DNA from: Promethearchaeota archaeon
Lineage (GTDB): Archaea > Asgardarchaeota > Lokiarchaeia > Sigyniarchaeales > SOKP01
DNA length: 18,549 nucleotides
Direction: 5' to 3'
NCBI GenBank assembly: GCA_048938895.1
Contig: JBHLLU010000067.1
Span: forward strand, 1-18,549
Shown here: in pieces, positions 1 through 8,520 of the stretch
Layout of the letters: each line of letters opens with the position of its first letter
Numbering within the stretch: position 1 is the stretch's first letter
Notes under the pieces: model-generated
Told to the model about the DNA's origin: nothing
The model's input: the letters and a program-made list of their open reading frames with translations, nothing else
Databases searched by the model: none
Program-made: the position numbers and the translations under genes

Positions 1-1
1 T

Positions 2-865
2 CTTTCTTATAATTAATTTTTTATACATTATCGCTTTTAGATGAATTTTAATAATTCGAATAGGGCTTCTAATCATAAAATTCACATCATTTTGAGGAGA
101 CATTCTTAAGTTTAGAAAGTTTGAGAAAAAGTTCTTAGCTTTTTTCTGAGATCTGGGTTTTTCAAAAGATATAAAACGCTGAGTAATTTTTTCCAGCGAT
201 TCAGAATCCCTAAAACAATAAAAATTTGAGGCTTTTAATGCCCATTTTATTGCGGTTAACTGGTATTTGGTTGGATCAAGTGTCTTGAACAATGAAATCA
301 AAATAGAGAAAAAGGAAATCATCAGATTCATAATCGTACTCTTTATCATTTCGATAAATGTAATTTGTATTTTTGGTCTAATTTTTTCCTTTAAATCATT
401 TCCATACAGAACGGTACTATTTGTCAATACGTTACCTAAAACTATATTACGAGGTGCAAAAACAGCTGAAAATACTTTATTCACTCTAAAAATTTTATGG
501 AAATTTGCCGCTTCCCAATATTTAATTTTTGTTAAAAAATGACTAACAAAAATTCCTGTAGTTTGTTGAATTACTCCTAAAATTTTCTTAGGTAATTTAT
601 TATCATATTCTCTGAATTTATGTTTAATTTCCAATGCAATGAAATATTTTTCAATTTCCCTGATATGGTGATTTGACACCCGATTTTTAAAAATAATAAG
701 TAGATCGCAATCAGATACAGCAGTTGCCTCAATTTTTGCCCTTTGACTGCCAAATAAAAGGATGGATAAGATTTTATTTATTCCAACCTCCTTTCTAACG
801 AGAATTAATATATCCTTAATATAATTACGTGATTGTTCATTAATTGCATTAAGATTTCTCAACAT
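2..865 (-). CDS. Nucleotidyltransferase (DNA polymerase beta superfamily) domain protein, 3' end outside the window
   Basis: Not in the ORF track. My manual translation from ATG 865 is open to the window edge (288 codons): MLRNLNAINEQSRNYIKDILILVRKEVGINKILSILLFGSQRAKIEATAVSDCDLLIIFK... It carries the hhFGS-x10-SDxDhhhh NTase signature. An alternative in-frame TTG start lies at 913. Confidence 0.8.
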   Translation of the reverse strand, partial: MLRNLNAINEQSRNYIKDILILVRKEVGINKILSILLFGSQRAKIEATAVSDCDLLIIFKNRVSNHHIREIEKYFIALEIKHKFREYDNKLPKKILGVIQQTTGIFVSHFLTKIKYWEAANFHKIFRVNKVFSAVFAPRNIVLGNVLTNSTVLYGNDLKEKIRPKIQITFIEMIKSTIMNLMISFFSILISLFKTLDPTKYQLTAIKWALKASNFYCFRDSESLEKITQRFISFEKPRSQKKAKNFFSNFLNLRMSPQNDVNFMIRSPIRIIKIHLKAIMYKKLIIRK

Positions 866-989
866 CTTCTCTTCTATTTTATTAGTGCCCGTTATAATAT
901 GGGACTCATGCAATTCAAATCAATAGAGAAATGTTTATTATTTTTCAAAGAGCTTTTCTTAAATATTATCAATTAAGATATTTAAATAT

Positions 990-1010
990 GATAAAAAAGG
1001 AAAAAAAATT
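990..1010 (-). terminator. Oligo-T archaeal-type terminator candidate after the FadH-like gene
   Basis: The minus strand reads TTTTTTTTCCTTTTTT just after the stop at 1012. Confidence 0.4.
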
Positions 1011-1011
1011 A

Positions 1012-3045
1012 CTATTTATCTAGGTTATAGGCTATTTGAAATCCTTCATGTATTGCTTCCATCATCGTTCTTGGTTCTTTACTGTCTCCGATATTAAATA
1101 TTTTATATGATGGATTTGTAGTCTTTACTTTTTCATATAAATCAGTATTACTCTTCACACCAGTTGCAAGGATAAATGTGTCTACATTATCAATTGAATG
1201 GGTTTCTTCGTCTTGATCAGAGACTTTAGTTTTATATTCCAGTGATTTTCCCTCGAATTTTGTAATTTCTGCGCCCAATATTTCATTTATCTGTAATTTC
1301 TTTGAAATTCCTATTAAATATCCCCTTGTAGTACGTCCCACGTTTGTAGCTAGTCTTGGTAATACATCAATTATGGTGACATTTCGATTTCCTTTCAACC
1401 AACGTTTCATGATTTCTTCTTGGGGTATTAATTGATAGAAGCTAAGGAAATGAGCAATATCAGAATTAATGGCTCCTAATTCGGCAGCCCAAATTGCTGT
1501 TTCTAAGCCAGTTCCTCCCCCACCAACTACAACAACGTTTTTTCCAACAACATGATCACCTGCTAAAGCCTCATCCGCAAAGCAGATATCGCTTCCTGTT
1601 GAACCATCTATTCCTGGAATATCTGGTATAGAGAACTTTACACCGGTTGCAAATATAACTGCATCTGGATTAAAATCATCGATAAATTCTAGATTCGCTT
1701 CAGTTGCTAATCTCAACTTTATATGACGATGACGAATTTGCGCTTCATAATAACGCAACATTTCTGAGATATTTCTTCTACTATGTGGAACAGCAGCAAC
1801 TTTCATTTGACCCCCAATAGATTCACTTTTTTCTACTAATGTAACATCATGACCCAAAACAGCAGCGATTCGAGCTGCCTCAAGTCCACCAGGACCACTT
1901 CCAATGACTAATACTTTTTGAGGATTTTCAGTTGTTTTGCTTAAGTCAATATCTCCTTCTTTTGCTGTCATATAATTTCTCATACATACAACAGATCTAC
2001 CACTAAAGATTGTATCGAAGCATCCTTGATTACACGCAACACATTTCATGATATCCCAGAGTCGGTTTTCCCTAGCTTTGTTTGGAAGTTCTGGGTCAGC
2101 GATCAGCCCTCTTCCCATACTAATTGCATCTACTCTTTCATCTCGTAATATTTTTTCTGCAATTAAAGGATCATTTATCCGATTCGCCATAAAAACAGGG
2201 ACCTTCACTTCCTTTTTGATATTTTCACCAAGATATACATATGCCGCTTGTGGTACCATCATAGGAATTTGTGGTATTCTGGTTTCATGCCATCCTCCTG
2301 TTACATTTAGAAATTCTATTCCTGCTTCTTCATAATGTTTGGAAAATACAGGACTTTGTGTCCAATCATTAGAACCTGGAACAAAATCATCACCAGCAAC
2401 GCGCATTCCAACTATCATTTTTCCTCCAACTCTCTTTTTCATCAATTCTATTAGCTCAATTGGATATCTTAAACGATTCTCTAAAGACCCCCCATATTCA
2501 TCGGTTCTCTTATTAGTATTTGGACTTAAAAATTGAGTAATAAGATAGCCTGCACTCCCAAGTAATTCCACTCCATCGAAACCGGCTTTTAATAAACGTT
2601 CTGCAGCTACCGCATGATCTTCCTGTATTTGTTTAATTTCATCAATGGTTAATTCTTTAGGCACTAATCGAGTAAGGTTTGATCTCACAGCAGAAGCCGA
2701 TACCGCACCTTTACCCGCATAATATGCACCTGTATGCATTATTTGTCCCATAACTTTAGCACCATATTTATGTATTTTTTCAGCAAAAGCAGTAAATCCA
2801 GGAATATTTTTATCATCCCCGATATATGGTGTTCCTCCACTATTAGGACTAATTCCTAATCCGCCAATAATAATTAATCCTGCTCCACCCTTCGCTCTTT
2901 TTTCATAAAAGTTAGTGAAAACATCATTAATTTCTCCTTTAGGTGTATAACCCAAACCAAGAGCTGGCATGACAATTCGATTCTTTATCTCCAAATTTTG
3001 AATTTTTAGAGGTTCAAACAATTTAATTAATTTCATTTTTTTCAC
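1012..3045 (-). CDS. fadH: NADPH-dependent 2,4-dienoyl-CoA reductase-like flavoprotein (Old Yellow Enzyme TIM barrel + 4Fe-4S + FAD/NAD(P) Rossmann domains)
   Basis: OYE N-terminus (IKNRIVMPAL), GFDGVELLGSAGYLITQF and GGWHETRIP, which match the FadH catalytic Tyr and His segments. The Fe-S motif is CVACNQGC-x11-C, and there are two GxGxxG motifs (GSGPGG, GGGGTG). The start is GTG 3045 or ATG 3036. Confidence 0.85.
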   Translation of the reverse strand: MKKMKLIKLFEPLKIQNLEIKNRIVMPALGLGYTPKGEINDVFTNFYEKRAKGGAGLIIIGGLGISPNSGGTPYIGDDKNIPGFTAFAEKIHKYGAKVMGQIMHTGAYYAGKGAVSASAVRSNLTRLVPKELTIDEIKQIQEDHAVAAERLLKAGFDGVELLGSAGYLITQFLSPNTNKRTDEYGGSLENRLRYPIELIELMKKRVGGKMIVGMRVAGDDFVPGSNDWTQSPVFSKHYEEAGIEFLNVTGGWHETRIPQIPMMVPQAAYVYLGENIKKEVKVPVFMANRINDPLIAEKILRDERVDAISMGRGLIADPELPNKARENRLWDIMKCVACNQGCFDTIFSGRSVVCMRNYMTAKEGDIDLSKTTENPQKVLVIGSGPGGLEAARIAAVLGHDVTLVEKSESIGGQMKVAAVPHSRRNISEMLRYYEAQIRHRHIKLRLATEANLEFIDDFNPDAVIFATGVKFSIPDIPGIDGSTGSDICFADEALAGDHVVGKNVVVVGGGGTGLETAIWAAELGAINSDIAHFLSFYQLIPQEEIMKRWLKGNRNVTIIDVLPRLATNVGRTTRGYLIGISKKLQINEILGAEITKFEGKSLEYKTKVSDQDEETHSIDNVDTFILATGVKSNTDLYEKVKTTNPSYKIFNIGDSKEPRTMMEAIHEGFQIAYNLDK

Positions 3046-3217
3046 AATTGCTTTTATATTTATTAGATATTACTAGTTTTGAATTTTTAATGAGTTTTAA
3101 ATCTTATAAAAAAAAGAAAATTGTCAAAATAAAGCTTACAGCTAAATAATAAATAGAATTTTTCTATATTCATAGAAATAAAAAGAAAGAATATATTATA
3201 GATATATCATAGAAACT

Positions 3218-4009
3218 TTAGCGAAAGTAAGAATCTGTTCCTTTATCCTCTTGAGGAGGTTGCATGAAATGATCTGCTTGTTTTTTAAAAGACTCAAAAA
3301 CCTGCTCCATTTCTTTTATTTTTTCATTTAATTCCTTGAAATCCATATCTATTGAGAAATAATCCTTAAGTAGGGAAACAAGTGCTTTTGATGAACGTGG
3401 ATCTAGAGTCATAATTGGTAATGGTAAGGTTTCTGCTTGTAAACAAATTCCTGGAGCAAAATTATTTGCACCTGCATATGCGGGAAGAATTCCATTTGCT
3501 CCTGAAATAACACCCCCTTCATGTAGCTTTGTATTTTCAAATTCAAGAAACGAGTCGACAAGATTTTGATCCGTTCCACTTATATATATTAATGGGTCAT
3601 CATGAACAATGTCAGTAATCATCGCCCCGGTACTTAAATACATCTTTATTTTTCCCCCAGTTATTTTATCCATTTCTTCACAAAATATTTTTGAGAACTC
3701 AAAAATTCCTTCGGGGGTTTGAGGTTGATATGTTGCAGTGAGGATAAAAAAATCATTTCCATCTTCTTTTTCTGCGGGTTTATAAAACACTTGTGCTGTT
3801 GGAATTTCTAAAGAACCTTTTTCAACAACCGATTTTGCAGGAAAATCAAAATATTGGAGAGTTAAAAATTCCTCAGCTTTGATTGAATCCTTTATTGATG
3901 TAATAGCTAACTTTGCAACTAAAGCAATTCCTGGAAATCCAACGAGGACAATTGCATTTTTAATATTTTCTGGCTTCAAATCAAATTTTTTTTCGATTTT
4001 TATATACAT
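3218..4009 (-). CDS. PAC2 family proteasome assembly chaperone (PbaA/PbaB-like)
   Basis: N-terminal VGFPGIALVAKLA, ISGANGILPAYA, GICLQAET and DPRSSKALV, followed by a C-terminal coiled coil and an aromatic tail (SYFR). The length of 263 aa is typical. Confidence 0.85.
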   Translation of the reverse strand: MYIKIEKKFDLKPENIKNAIVLVGFPGIALVAKLAITSIKDSIKAEEFLTLQYFDFPAKSVVEKGSLEIPTAQVFYKPAEKEDGNDFFILTATYQPQTPEGIFEFSKIFCEEMDKITGGKIKMYLSTGAMITDIVHDDPLIYISGTDQNLVDSFLEFENTKLHEGGVISGANGILPAYAGANNFAPGICLQAETLPLPIMTLDPRSSKALVSLLKDYFSIDMDFKELNEKIKEMEQVFESFKKQADHFMQPPQEDKGTDSYFR

Positions 4010-4030
4010 TTTTTTTGCGATCCTCTAAAT

Positions 4031-5086
4031 TTATTCATTTAAGAATATAAAACTTTCTCCACAGTTTGGACAAAATTTCTTTGGAATGTGTATCTCATAC
4101 CCGCAAAATGGGCAATAAAATTTCTCAACATTTTGGTTATCAGACTGTTTCTCTGGAATGATAATATTAGATGTTCGAGGTGATGGTAAAAATACTGTAC
4201 CCTCCGATTGATACCTTCCCTGGTATTCATATCCTAGATCTTTTTTAGCTTTAGATGATGCGAATAAGGAAGTCAATAGACAGATAAATAACGGTGCAAG
4301 AAGGATATCAATCAAGTTCCTAAGAATCTGGTAAAGAATAATCATCACATAATTCCTAGTATCTGGTGATAACCATGAATTATAAAGATCTGAACTCGGG
4401 TTTAAGAATAAATCAAAAACTGAAAGATATATCGATCTAACTATGAAAATAATGATAAAATTGAGAACAAACGTAATTAGAATCTTCCAGAAATTTCCTT
4501 TAGCAATTCTACGAGCTTCTGAGATCGGTTTTTGAACATCGTTCATATTATATGTAAACACTAAGAAAATAAAAAAACCAAAAATTATAATTGCTGGAAT
4601 GAATAACATAAATACACTTAATGGTAGGCACACCCCGATTAATAAAATCACTAGGAATATCTTCTTATTGAATGCTGATTTAAATGAATCTCGAATATTC
4701 GTTTCATTCTGCATATATCTATTAAACAAATAATTACTAACCGAACACATTGCGATTGTAATAACAATCGCCCCTATTAGATTTTGAATAAAACCAATTG
4801 CTACAGTTATCAGCAAAAATTTAGTTAATGAATTAAATTCGCTTTCAGTAAGAGTTATATTGTCTAATAACTTTTCCATAATCTCTGCTACATCCACACC
4901 TAAAGAATCAGCATACCATCTTAGGTCTGTCAATGCAAAAATGTCTAAAACGATTAAAATAATTTGAAAAACAGCGAGGGGGATAATTAAGTTTACATAA
5001 TTTTTGGAAAATAGCCTAAATCCCTCTCTAATTATCTCCCCGAAACTTTTATTAGCACTATCAATTATTCTTTGAGATTTTTCCAT
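4031..5086 (-). CDS. Multi-pass membrane protein with C-terminal zinc ribbon
   Basis: About 5-6 hydrophobic segments. SFGEIIREGFRLFSKNY and ISEARRIAKGNFWKIL resemble GDPD-membrane-domain-like families. The C-terminus has CPFCG-x8-FCPNCG. It lies 21 bp upstream of the PAC2 gene with a GAGGA SD-like sequence in the gap, so the two are probably co-transcribed. Confidence 0.75.
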   Translation of the reverse strand: MEKSQRIIDSANKSFGEIIREGFRLFSKNYVNLIIPLAVFQIILIVLDIFALTDLRWYADSLGVDVAEIMEKLLDNITLTESEFNSLTKFLLITVAIGFIQNLIGAIVITIAMCSVSNYLFNRYMQNETNIRDSFKSAFNKKIFLVILLIGVCLPLSVFMLFIPAIIIFGFFIFLVFTYNMNDVQKPISEARRIAKGNFWKILITFVLNFIIIFIVRSIYLSVFDLFLNPSSDLYNSWLSPDTRNYVMIILYQILRNLIDILLAPLFICLLTSLFASSKAKKDLGYEYQGRYQSEGTVFLPSPRTSNIIIPEKQSDNQNVEKFYCPFCGYEIHIPKKFCPNCGESFIFLNE

Positions 5087-5104
5087 ATTAATCTGTAAAA
5101 AAAT

Positions 5105-5140
5105 AAGTTATTTATAATTTTTTAGATAAAGTTTTAATAA
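5105..5140. promoter_or_regulatory. Divergent archaeal promoter region (TATA-like boxes)
   Basis: On the minus strand, AAAAAATTATAAATAA lies about 25-30 nt upstream of ATG 5086. On the plus strand, GATAAAGTTTTAATAA lies upstream of 5205. The AT-rich background lowers specificity. Confidence 0.35.
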
Positions 5141-5204
5141 TCGATTTATTCATTACTATAGAAGGTATATTCTCAGATAAGAATTATTACATGTTTAAAA
5201 GTTT

Positions 5205-7091
5205 ATGTTTATTAAAAAGCAAGCATCTCGTCAAATTCCTGGAATAATCTCCTATCTCGATTTCTTTCAATCTAAAAAACTAGCTTACTCTACTTTTTTC
5301 GGCACTCCCGTTGTTTTAGGCCTATTATCCTTGCTTTTTAATTATATAATGATAAATGAATGGGATTTTTTACACTTTTTTAGATTCGTAGGATTATTTT
5401 TACTTATACCAGGACTAGCAGCAGTTTTTTCTATACTAGTTTATTCAAGAAAATCACCCATTTTACGATTACCTCCCTCAGGATGGTCGATCCAAATGAA
5501 TGCATATTTTGGTGCTGTAATTGAGGTAACCTTTTTGCTTGGACAAATAGTCGCAATTGTTCTACAGAATATCTGGTATCAAGAAATGTTTTTGATATTA
5601 GGAACCATCTTATCGTATATTGTGGCTTTTGTAATCTATTTCTCTTTCACTACAGTTGGACGCCCCGGGTATATAATTTTGGCCTTAGTTCAACCTGTAC
5701 TTACAATAATCCTCTATAGTCTTTATATTGGGCAATTTGATAGCGATTTTTTTCTAAGGGCGTTGATATTCTTTATTACATGTGCTCTTATATTTGCAAT
5801 CCCTTATAGAAGAGGATTATTTCAAGTAAGTAATGTCTATAAAGAAGTAACAGGAATGAGCGGGTATCCCTTTATCAGAGCTTTCATTCTTTCTATGATG
5901 ACAGAGGGTAATGATGATCTTATAGAGAGTTTCTTTGAGAAAGTTGGAGTAGAATCTGAGATAAGCATTCAATATATTGCAATAAGAAATATCTCTAATA
6001 AGAAGATTAAAGGATTATTTGTTGTCCCTAATGTTCATTTCGGGCCATTTAAGACCTGTGGGTCTTCTGATCTGCCTGAAAATATTTATAGAACATTTAA
6101 AGAAATTCCTGGAATAACTGTATATCATACAACAAATGATCATTCTCAAAATCTTACAACTCAAAAAGATGTAGAAATCGTGCTTGATCGAATAAAAAAA
6201 GATATACAAGTGATAAGCAACAGCAAAGAGATTAAGTGGACCCCTGAAATTAATAACTTTACAAGAAAAATATCGAATTCTGCTAAACTTCTTGGTACAG
6301 AGATTTCAAGTATCCCAGTTATATTTATAACTAGACACCCTCTTCCTTCAGACGATATTGAATCAGAAATTGGTGATTATATTAGAGAATATGCAAAATC
6401 ACGCGGATACCAAGATATTATAATTATTGATTCCCATAATTCAATTCTTACAGAAGAATTTTTAATTAAAAAAGAATCTATTGAAGCTTCAGATCTAATT
6501 AATGTTTCAAAGAAGTTCCTTAAGAGTAAAAAAATCGATAATTCTCAAAAAGTTCAGATGTTATATGGTATTGCTAAAGGCACATTTGGGAATTATTCAG
6601 AAAAACAGGGGATTGGTTTTGGGGGCATTGTTGTTCATCTATTGAAGAATTCAATAAACGAACAAACAACTGCCTTGATTCATTTCGATGCAAATAACGC
6701 TTATGTAGATATCCGATCAAATATCCTTAACATGTTACAGAATATAGGAATTGAAAGAGGAGAAGTAACAACTTCTGATTCACACACAGTAGCAAGACAA
6801 TTTTCTGCAAGGGGTTATTCTCCTATCGGTGATAAAATAAAAAATGAGGAAATTTTAGAAAAGCTAGATCTTCTAATCCAAGAAGCAGAATCTAATTTTG
6901 AACCTGTTGAATTCTGTTATTTCAGTTCTACAGAAGATAAAATCAAGGTTTGGGGGAATTCCTTATACTTTGATGCAATTATTGATACACTCAAAGAAGC
7001 TATAAGGGTATCACAACGTTTACTTACATTGAGTTTGATTGTACCTGCTTTCTTCTCATTGATAATTTTATTCTTTCTCTATAATATCTAA
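5205..7091 (+). CDS. DUF2070 family membrane protein (predicted metal-dependent lipid hydrolase, neutral-ceramidase-like)
   Basis: About six N-terminal TM helices, then the motifs HFGPF-x2-CGSSDL, HTTNDHSQN, IDSHN, FDANN and TTSDSH, then a C-terminal TM. The length of 628 aa is typical for archaeal DUF2070. Confidence 0.85.
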   Translation: MFIKKQASRQIPGIISYLDFFQSKKLAYSTFFGTPVVLGLLSLLFNYIMINEWDFLHFFRFVGLFLLIPGLAAVFSILVYSRKSPILRLPPSGWSIQMNAYFGAVIEVTFLLGQIVAIVLQNIWYQEMFLILGTILSYIVAFVIYFSFTTVGRPGYIILALVQPVLTIILYSLYIGQFDSDFFLRALIFFITCALIFAIPYRRGLFQVSNVYKEVTGMSGYPFIRAFILSMMTEGNDDLIESFFEKVGVESEISIQYIAIRNISNKKIKGLFVVPNVHFGPFKTCGSSDLPENIYRTFKEIPGITVYHTTNDHSQNLTTQKDVEIVLDRIKKDIQVISNSKEIKWTPEINNFTRKISNSAKLLGTEISSIPVIFITRHPLPSDDIESEIGDYIREYAKSRGYQDIIIIDSHNSILTEEFLIKKESIEASDLINVSKKFLKSKKIDNSQKVQMLYGIAKGTFGNYSEKQGIGFGGIVVHLLKNSINEQTTALIHFDANNAYVDIRSNILNMLQNIGIERGEVTTSDSHTVARQFSARGYSPIGDKIKNEEILEKLDLLIQEAESNFEPVEFCYFSSTEDKIKVWGNSLYFDAIIDTLKEAIRVSQRLLTLSLIVPAFFSLIILFFLYNI

Positions 7092-7101
7092 TTTTTTTTC
7101 C
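7092..7101 (+). terminator. Oligo-T terminator candidate after the DUF2070 gene
   Basis: TTTTTTTTCC directly after the TAA at 7091. Confidence 0.4.
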
Positions 7102-7175
7102 AAAAAGATAATTCAAGATTTATATAATTCATGCTCTTAATTTTTATTTATACAATAAAAAAAATTGGTAAACTC

Positions 7176-7901
7176 ATGTCATTAAGTTTTTTAGACACAT
7201 TAAATGGAATATTTTCACTAGTTTTTGTAGCCATCTCCTTATTTGTTGGTTTTATAATACTCTCTCGATATTTTAAATATAGGGAAAGGGTATATTTTTT
7301 AGTTGGGATTACCTGGGTGTTAATAGCATCCCCATGGTGGCCATCAACCATATCATTTATAGTAGCTTTATCAAATGATGTTGGAATTACCCCAGAGCTT
7401 TATTTTCTAATAGGAAATTTATTGGTCCCGCTAGCAGTCATCCTATGGTTATTGGCTCTAACCGAATTCCTTTACACAGAAAAACGAAAGTTGATTCTTT
7501 CAGTTTTTTTAGTAATTGGTTTAATCTTTGAGGTCTTATTTTTAACTTTTCTCTTCTTGAATTCAGATTTCATTGGGGAATTGAATGGACCTGTAGATGT
7601 AAATTATAAGTCTTTTATTATGATCTTCCTTATAATATTCCTTCTTATCGTTGTAGTTACTGGGTTTCTTTTTGCAAATCTTTCTTTAAAATCTGATGAT
7701 CCCGAAGTAAAATTAAAAGGTAAATTGCTAGTGATTGCCTATATAACCTTCTCCATCGGGGCATTATTAGACTCATCTATTCCTTTGAATGAAGCGTTAA
7801 TCATAATAACCAGGCTAATATTAATAACAAGTTCGTTCTGTTGGTATGCTGGCTTCTTATTACCAAGATGGTTAAAAAAATATCTATTGAAAAAGAGATA
7901 A
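7176..7901 (+). CDS. Stand-alone seven-transmembrane protein of unknown function
   Basis: Seven hydrophobic segments counted by eye, basic loops after TM1, TM3 and TM5, and a basic C-tail. ATG 7176 is preferred over 7131 because the extension is AT-rich, intergenic-like sequence. Confidence 0.75.
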   Translation: MSLSFLDTLNGIFSLVFVAISLFVGFIILSRYFKYRERVYFLVGITWVLIASPWWPSTISFIVALSNDVGITPELYFLIGNLLVPLAVILWLLALTEFLYTEKRKLILSVFLVIGLIFEVLFLTFLFLNSDFIGELNGPVDVNYKSFIMIFLIIFLLIVVVTGFLFANLSLKSDDPEVKLKGKLLVIAYITFSIGALLDSSIPLNEALIIITRLILITSSFCWYAGFLLPRWLKKYLLKKR

Positions 7902-7995
7902 TCTTCCTAATTTCGCTATATTACTTAGATATTATCTGGATTCTTATTATTTTTCAATCCATTGTTTCTTAATAATTCATTTAAAGTCATATATA

Positions 7996-8520
7996 GTGAT
8001 GCTAAGTACAGAAATCGATAAATTGGTGAAAATAACTCTTATTGGAAGCCCGGCTGTAGGTAAAACAACTATAGTAAAATTATTATCTGAAAACACATTA
8101 GATAGATTTTATATGCCAACTCATGGACTAGATTTAAAATCTATAAAATTAGATGAATATTTCTTAAGATTATGGGATTTAGGAGGACAAAATAGTTATT
8201 TAAGGACATATTCAAAGGATTATTTACTTGGATCCGATATCATTTTTATTGTAACTGATTCCACACCTAGTAATGTATTAAATTCAAGGGAGTTAATTAA
8301 TTACGCATGTCATTTTGTGGGAAAAGAATGTCCAATCATCGCGATCGCAAACAAACAGGATTTAAAAGATGGTAGAATGAATGCTAAAAGGGTTGAGGAT
8401 CTATTGCATGTAAAAACATATGGACTAACAGCTATAGATCCAGCGGAAAGATTGAAATTAATGAATATCATCAAAAATGAATTAGAAAAAATTGCCATTA
8501 GGAGGGGATTAAATAAATGA
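7996..8520 (+). CDS. Small GTPase of the Ras superfamily (Arf/Rag/Roc-like, Asgard type)
   Basis: G1 GSPAVGKTT, G2 PTHG, G3 WDLGGQ, G4 NKQD and G5-like LTA. The start is GTG 7996 or ATG 7999. There is no N-terminal MG myristoylation motif and no C-terminal CAAX. Confidence 0.92.
   Translation: MMLSTEIDKLVKITLIGSPAVGKTTIVKLLSENTLDRFYMPTHGLDLKSIKLDEYFLRLWDLGGQNSYLRTYSKDYLLGSDIIFIVTDSTPSNVLNSRELINYACHFVGKECPIIAIANKQDLKDGRMNAKRVEDLLHVKTYGLTAIDPAERLKLMNIIKNELEKIAIRRGLNK
8500..8507 (+). promoter_or_regulatory. SD-like site for the translationally coupled 8517 gene
   Basis: AGGAGGGG about 10 nt upstream of the ATGA start/stop overlap at 8517-8520. Confidence 0.45.

Noticed and set aside
267-542. 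91-aa plus-strand ORF with a hydrophobic stretch
   Set aside because: It lies antisense inside the longer NTase frame (2-865), which has a clear catalytic motif.
2048-2536. Two consecutive plus-strand ORFs (95 and 65 aa)
   Set aside because: Antisense shadows of the FadH-like gene with no recognisable motifs.
3161-3178. Hairpin TTTCTAT-ATTC-ATAGAAA downstream of PAC2
   Set aside because: A 7-bp nearly all-AT stem is too weak to call as a terminator or operator.
4039-4230. 63-aa minus-strand ORF
   Set aside because: Out-of-frame overlap inside the zinc-ribbon membrane gene with no independent support.
7176-7901. Possibility that the 7TM protein is a microbial rhodopsin, heliorhodopsin or schizorhodopsin
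   Set aside because: TM7 (EALIIITRLILITSSFCWYAGF) has no DxxxK or SxxxK retinal-binding Lys, and TM3 has no RYxxW motif.
6015-8498. Short minus-strand ORFs at 6015-6209, 7148-7351 and 8310-8498
   Set aside because: Antisense to well-supported genes.
8518-8520. TGA stops (GTPase here; DRE-TIM gene at 13583-13585) as possible selenocysteine readthrough
   Set aside because: Both proteins are complete at the stop, the GTPase TGA is part of an ATGA coupling overlap, and I recognised no SECIS-like element.
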